Shown in pieces: positions 59,300-64,000 of a DNA stretch of 64,000 bases; within the stretch, counting starts at the first letter, position 1, and every line of letters begins with the position of its first letter. The stretch comes from Bacteroidota Order II. bacterium (GTDB taxonomy: Bacteria; Bacteroidota; Rhodothermia; Rhodothermales; UBA2364): the NCBI GenBank assembly GCA_016788705.1, contig JAEUSQ010000038.1, positions 2,194 to 66,193 of the forward strand. Reading direction: 5' to 3'. Made by a program: the position numbers and the translations under genes. The notes under the pieces are model-generated. The model saw only the letters and a list, made by a program, of their open reading frames with translations, had not been told where the DNA came from and made no database searches.

Positions 59300-60331
59300 T
59301 TAAGGATTTGATATAGCGTTCGTTTCGGCAAGGAAGGCCGCTCCCCGTCCTTTAACTTGCTCATCCCATTGTTTCATCCAACCCTTCGACCGTTTCCCCA
59401 ACACGTGCCAATCAATGGTCATTGCAGAAATGGGGTACTGCCGGATCCATGCTGGCAGTCGTTCTACGGGAATGTCTTTCCGGACAGGAATGCGGTACAT
59501 TTCTTCAGCTTGGTCTCGCATGGCCTCTCGCGATGTCACAAACTCATAGAAGCGAATGGCTTCTTTTTGGTTTCGTCCTCCTTTCACCAAGGCAATAGCA
59601 TCAATGAGGACAGGTGTCTCATTGGTAGGAAAGGCAATACCAAATGGGTTGCCTTTTTTCTGCTGCAAAAGAATATCCGGCAGGTTCCAGAGGGTAAGGT
59701 CTCCTTCCTGACGGGCCAGTTTGATATAGAGTTGCGTAGGATCGGCGGTATAGGTTTTGGTTTGCTGGTCTAATTTAGCCAACCAGCGCAACCCTTCCAT
59801 TTCGTTCTTTTGGCGCATCACAAGCGCCCCAAAAAGGGCTACCATTGTCCCAGACTCCAGAGGATATCGAACCAAAATGCGCCCTTTCCATTTGGGATCT
59901 AATAATTCATCCCATTTTTGAGGGGGTTCTTTAACCGTTTCGGCATTAAAGGCGATACCAACTGGCGTCAGGAAATTCCCATACCAACGGTTACGTTCAT
60001 CTCGGAATGTCCCCTCCACCTGATTTGCCCACGTAGGACGATAAGCGGCCAACAACCCCTCTTCGGCAGCCTGCTGAAAGAGAATATTGGGCGCTCCCCA
60101 CCAAAGATCGGCTTGCGGATTGGCCGCTTCGGTTCGGATGCGCTCATAGACGGCCTGCGCCCCCATATCTAACCACACCACATCCACATGTGGATTTTGG
60201 GCCTCAAAAGCTTGTTCATAGGCTTTAAGCAGGTCTTTACCGTGTGGTGAATATACCACCACTTTTTTACGGCTATCCTCTACACAGCCCATCATCAGCA
60301 AAACCAATAGCCCGATTCCAAAACGCTTCAT
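59300..60331 (-). CDS. ABC transporter periplasmic solute-binding lipoprotein (Fe3+/thiamine/phosphonate-type cluster)
   Basis: The ATG at 60331 gives lipobox LVLLMMGC. KKVVVYSPHG...DVVWLDMGAQAVYERI...ADLWWGAP is typical of FbpA/AfuA-like SBPs. Confidence 0.75.
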   Translation of the reverse strand: MKRFGIGLLVLLMMGCVEDSRKKVVVYSPHGKDLLKAYEQAFEAQNPHVDVVWLDMGAQAVYERIRTEAANPQADLWWGAPNILFQQAAEEGLLAAYRPTWANQVEGTFRDERNRWYGNFLTPVGIAFNAETVKEPPQKWDELLDPKWKGRILVRYPLESGTMVALFGALVMRQKNEMEGLRWLAKLDQQTKTYTADPTQLYIKLARQEGDLTLWNLPDILLQQKKGNPFGIAFPTNETPVLIDAIALVKGGRNQKEAIRFYEFVTSREAMRDQAEEMYRIPVRKDIPVERLPAWIRQYPISAMTIDWHVLGKRSKGWMKQWDEQVKGRGAAFLAETNAISNP

Positions 60332-60517
60332 GGTATTCTCCGTTTGGTGGATGTTCGGGTAAATATGCACGGATGGTAGCACATCACACACCACTTGCAC
60401 AAACATTTATCGTGATAAATCAACGGGAAAGCAGGCCAAAAAGGGATGGTTTCCTACTATAATCCGACTCGTAGCGTGTACAAAAAAATAGCACCAAAAG
60501 CCACCCAGTCCTTTATC

Positions 60518-61090
60518 CTACGCTTCGTGCGGCCACTCGAAGCAATGACGACATCTTGGCTCATAAGCATCTTTTTCGCCCAAGAGAAGTCGTTCGTTGC
60601 TCGCCACAATCCGTTGACTATTATTGGCTGGCGCACCACAAACCACACAAATGGCGTGTAACTTGGTCACATACTCGGCAACGGCCATCAGTTGGGCCAT
60701 TTGTTCAAACGGTTGTGCGCGGTAATCCTGATCCAGCCCTGCAATGATCACCCGACGCCCTTTTCGGGCCAATTCTTGGCAAACACGCGGCAAATCGGTA
60801 TCAAAAAAATGTGCTTCATCAATTCCGATAACCTGTGCATTTCCAGCATTTTGCAGAATTTCGGCAGCATGTTGTACAACGATAGAAGGGATACTGGTTC
60901 GGTTGTGTGAAACCACTTCGGTATCGGCATACCGCACATCAAACGCAGGTTTAAAGATTTCCACCCGCTGTTTTGCAATCTCCGCCCGACGCATCCGCCT
61001 GATCAATTCCTCGGTTTTTCCGGAGAACATGGAGCCACACACCACTTCTATCCAACCGGTTTCTTCCCGTTTTATAACAAAAGGTTCCAT
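60518..61090 (-). CDS. tdk: Thymidine kinase
   Basis: GSMFSGKTEELIRR (P-loop), IDEAHFF and a Zn ribbon C..CG...CRHC. ATG at 61090. Confidence 0.93.
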   Translation of the reverse strand: MEPFVIKREETGWIEVVCGSMFSGKTEELIRRMRRAEIAKQRVEIFKPAFDVRYADTEVVSHNRTSIPSIVVQHAAEILQNAGNAQVIGIDEAHFFDTDLPRVCQELARKGRRVIIAGLDQDYRAQPFEQMAQLMAVAEYVTKLHAICVVCGAPANNSQRIVASNERLLLGEKDAYEPRCRHCFEWPHEA

Positions 61091-61155
61091 TTTGCAGTTG
61101 CTGTTTGGACATGATCTCGTGATCTGCCCCAAAATAAGATATTCTAAAGGGAAAT

Positions 61156-62331
61156 TCAGGAAAAAGCCTGGTTCACATCCTGAAAGCCTTCAAACCATGT
61201 CACTTCCGGCACAACGCCATAGCTGGCGAGGTCTTCCAAATATAAATCTGGCGGCAGCACAAATTCGGGAGTCAAGACCCCCGCCCCTTGTACCGCTCCA
61301 CGCCCCAGAAAGGTGGCAACCGCCGCTACCGAAGCCCCTATACAACGCTTCACCGCCGACCCGCCCCTGTTCTCGTCGTGTTCTTCGCGAAGTTGATACA
61401 CCAAGGACCGTTCTTTGCCCTCTTTAATCCCATTGATCACCACCCGTAACAGTACCGCATCCTTCACATCTCCCCCCATGCGCTTACGAATCCGGCGCGT
61501 TAGTACATCCCGATACGTCAGGTGCGTACCTACATCTATCATCCGCTTTTCCGCAAAACCTAAAGCCAAAAGAAAACTCATCTGACTGGCATGATTTGGA
61601 TACCGGATCGCTTTGAAGTCCATATTTTGAATACGACCAACCAACTTGGGCGCCATCTGCGCCAATACACCGGATACATAGAAGCTTTCTAACGTACCTA
61701 AAGGGGCCGAAAAATGGATGGGTTCTACACCCGTTAGCGGTGTTTGCTGTACCACTTCTCCGGCATGGAGGGAAAGTGCCTGCTCGGTATATTCTTCCAA
61801 AAGTTTCTCTGCCGAAAAAAAGGAAGCAAAGTTAAGCGGTGGATTTTGCTGGAGCGGAATGGTTCCAGCCCTTAGGTAGGCACCGTGTACCGTGTCGAAC
61901 TGTTGAACCCCTTGCATACACAAGATATTGACCAAGCCGGGCGCAAGACCACAATTGGGAACCACCCATACACCCGCCTTCTTCGCTGTCTCATTCAATT
62001 CTAAGACTTTCTCGATGGCGTCGCGGTATCCACCCAAATCGCAAAAATGCACCCCCTCTTCAATGGCTAATTGTGCCAAAACCGGGCTCATTTCCGAGGC
62101 AATACAGTTGACGACCACGCGACTGGTGTGCATCAGGGGTTTTAACTGAGACAAATTGCGGGCATCCAGTTCATGTGCCCGCACTTTATGGGCTTGTATC
62201 TGTTCGTGTAACCCTTGCAACGCACCCGGCCGGGCATCACAAACATGAATCTGAGAAACTTCAGAGTTTTGTGCAAGTGCAGATACAACGGCGGAACCCA
62301 TCGTACCCGCACCAATTACGGTAATGACCAT
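61156..62331 (-). CDS. Saccharopine dehydrogenase-family NAD(P)-binding protein
   Basis: The ATG at 62331 gives MVITVIGAGTMGSAV (Rossmann). VVNCIASEMSPVLAQLAIEEGVHFCDLGG is typical of Sacchrp_dh_NADP. Confidence 0.75.
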   Translation of the reverse strand: MVITVIGAGTMGSAVVSALAQNSEVSQIHVCDARPGALQGLHEQIQAHKVRAHELDARNLSQLKPLMHTSRVVVNCIASEMSPVLAQLAIEEGVHFCDLGGYRDAIEKVLELNETAKKAGVWVVPNCGLAPGLVNILCMQGVQQFDTVHGAYLRAGTIPLQQNPPLNFASFFSAEKLLEEYTEQALSLHAGEVVQQTPLTGVEPIHFSAPLGTLESFYVSGVLAQMAPKLVGRIQNMDFKAIRYPNHASQMSFLLALGFAEKRMIDVGTHLTYRDVLTRRIRKRMGGDVKDAVLLRVVINGIKEGKERSLVYQLREEHDENRGGSAVKRCIGASVAAVATFLGRGAVQGAGVLTPEFVLPPDLYLEDLASYGVVPEVTWFEGFQDVNQAFS

Positions 62332-62615
62332 AAGAAAACAAATTGATTGACAGCGGAGACAAACCAAAATAACGCCAAAATTGTTGAACAGAAAAGGAAG
62401 ATTCAACCCATACCAAACAAAAGCGCTTCCATTAATCTAACTTTGGAAAATGAATAAATTCGGAAGCAAGGCCTGTTCCTGTCTTCCCTCCCCCAAACAT
62501 CCCCCTGCGAACAAATGCCTATCCCCCTTGTTTTAGGTTAAACAGACACGGAAGTGATCCATTTTTTCCTTCCAGCACCTCACCTTTTACCCAACGATGC
62601 TTCCTTTATTTTGAA

Positions 62616-64000
62616 ATGGCTTCTGCCCGCCTTAGCTTCACCCGTTCAAAAACAAAGCCCATGCTCTCCCGAAAAACCTCGTATTTTCTTCTTTTTCCCG
62701 TATTCGCGATCTTAATCGGATACGTCGTGTGGCCATTTATGCGGACGGTAGAAACGGGCCTACAGGGCGAAGCATGGCAGACCATTTTCAAAAGTACGGA
62801 CGCCCCAAACGTTCGGGCACTCCTACAATCAGTCGCACTGGGGTTGCTGAGTGTGGTGGGTGCAGGCGTTTTGGGAACGGGATTGGCTTGGCTATTTCAC
62901 CGCTTCGACTTCCCGCTGCGGCGATTGTTGCAGGCGATGGCCGCCTTGCCGTTGGCCTTACCTCCTTTGGTTGGAGTGATGGCTTTTTTGTACCTGTATG
63001 GGCCTTCTGGCATGTTGCCCCGAACGTTGCAGGTGCTCTTAGGCTGGGACGAGGTACCATTTTCATTTGAAGGCTTTCCGGCGGTCTGGTTGGTACATGT
63101 CTATACGCAATTTGTGTATTTCTACCTCTTTGTTTCGGCTGCGCTGCGGAATATGGACGGCAGTTTGCTGGAAGCCACTTCGGATTTGGGCGCGGGCGAA
63201 GGTTATACGTTCTTCAGGGTGGTTCTTCCCATCCTCCGGCCTGCACTAGTGGGGGCAGGGCTATTGGTCTTTATGGTCTCGATGGCCAGTTTCACCGCAC
63301 CTTTATTATTTGATGGAAGTGGCCGTTACCTAACCTTGCAGATTTTTAATTACAAAACCAATGGCGAACGTGAACTGGCCGCTGTGGTCTCTACGGTTTT
63401 AACGTTGATCTGCCTGGTTTTGTTGGTGGTAGCAGAGTGGAAACCAAGAATTACATCGCAGCAACGTGCAAAAGGAACGGCCTCGGCCACCCGCCCGATC
63501 ACCCAATCTTGGAAGCGTGGGCTTGCATTGGGCGTAGCGCTGCTCATCCTGCTCTTTTTAGGACTTCCCATCTTGACCATTGTTTTGCTTTCTTTTGCGG
63601 CGGAAGGCAGTTGGACAACGCAAATCTTGCCATCCACTTATACTTTTTCGCATTATCGGATGTTATTCAACGACCCTTCTTTTGCAGAGCCCATCCAAAA
63701 TAGTTTGCAAATGGCGGCCCTTGCCACCCTTGGCAACTTCATTTTTGGTATCACGGCTTCGCTCCTTATGGTCAAATCACGTCTTCCTGGTCGTACCCTC
63801 CTACGGGTGATGACCGCATTGCCCTTTGCCATTCCGGGAACCGTCATTGCCCTCAACCTGATTCTCAGTTTTAACACCCCATCCGCCTTCTCTTTCGGTC
63901 AAATTCTGGTTGGTTCCTATGCCATTCTTCCGCTGGCGTATTTTATCAGGCATATTCCACTGGTGGTGCGTGCCACCACAGCCGCATTAGAAAATTACGA
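62616..64000 (+). CDS. ABC transporter permease, fused two-domain type (FbpB/ThiP-like), 3'-truncated by the window edge
   Basis: It is not in the ORF track because it has no stop. My translation from the ATG at 62616 is open to nt 64000: MASARLSF...FLLFPVFAILIGYVVWPF...EATSDLGAGEGYTFFRVVLPILRPAL (EAA loop)...second module...LPFAIPGTVIAL. An alternative start is the ATG at 62661. Confidence 0.8.
   Translation, partial: MASARLSFTRSKTKPMLSRKTSYFLLFPVFAILIGYVVWPFMRTVETGLQGEAWQTIFKSTDAPNVRALLQSVALGLLSVVGAGVLGTGLAWLFHRFDFPLRRLLQAMAALPLALPPLVGVMAFLYLYGPSGMLPRTLQVLLGWDEVPFSFEGFPAVWLVHVYTQFVYFYLFVSAALRNMDGSLLEATSDLGAGEGYTFFRVVLPILRPALVGAGLLVFMVSMASFTAPLLFDGSGRYLTLQIFNYKTNGERELAAVVSTVLTLICLVLLVVAEWKPRITSQQRAKGTASATRPITQSWKRGLALGVALLILLFLGLPILTIVLLSFAAEGSWTTQILPSTYTFSHYRMLFNDPSFAEPIQNSLQMAALATLGNFIFGITASLLMVKSRLPGRTLLRVMTALPFAIPGTVIALNLILSFNTPSAFSFGQILVGSYAILPLAYFIRHIPLVVRATTAALENY

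Noticed and set aside
62407-62615. Possible TPP or other riboswitch upstream of the ABC permease
   Set aside because: The region is C/T-rich and lacks the CUGAGA / ACCUGAUCUGGAUAAUGCCAGCG-type TPP core or any other motif I can recognise.

Overview
This is a chromosomal, mostly housekeeping segment. I infer an FCB-group bacterium (Bacteroidota/Rhodothermota-like) from two proteins with T9SS C-terminal sorting domains, a complete Na+-NQR operon (nqrABCDEF plus apbE), a bacterial GGGP-synthase homologue, a DUF2723 protein and a TonB-dependent receptor. Firm anchors are alaS, polA, mutS2, gyrA, trxA/trxB, deoB, birA, tdk, ogt and mpg. I found no rRNA, tRNA or CRISPR. Two genes run off the window edges: 1..401, and 62616..64000, which is absent from the ORF track because it has no stop. 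Many ORF-track starts are N-terminal over-extensions, and I re-set them using homology-typical N-termini, signal peptides and neighbour spacing. I did not find a convincing complete novel multi-gene system: there are no defence-like, RT, nuclease or ATPase cassettes. The most unusual items are as follows. (1) A gene-free ~860-bp gap (52756-53619) holds seven exact TGTCGCA heptamers at alternating 10/11-bp spacing (helical phasing) next to a decayed IS3-type HTH relic. (2) A sharply AT-rich islet (~40.95-42.1 kb) carries one orphan secreted ORF with a TonB_C-like tail. (3) Two adjacent genes (1888-3105) are broken by frame breaks that each need one extra base. (4) An alkyltransferase-like (PAHRV) protein is translationally coupled to an AhpD-like CxxC protein. 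(5) A GGGP synthase is tightly coupled to a large polytopic glycosyltransferase-like protein. (6) A solute-binding protein, a NodU-type carbamoyltransferase and a cupin form a string, split from the matching ABC permease. (7) A cruF-crtB-acyltransferase mini-cluster has no desaturase nearby. All functional calls rest on motif recognition by eye. No database search was run.
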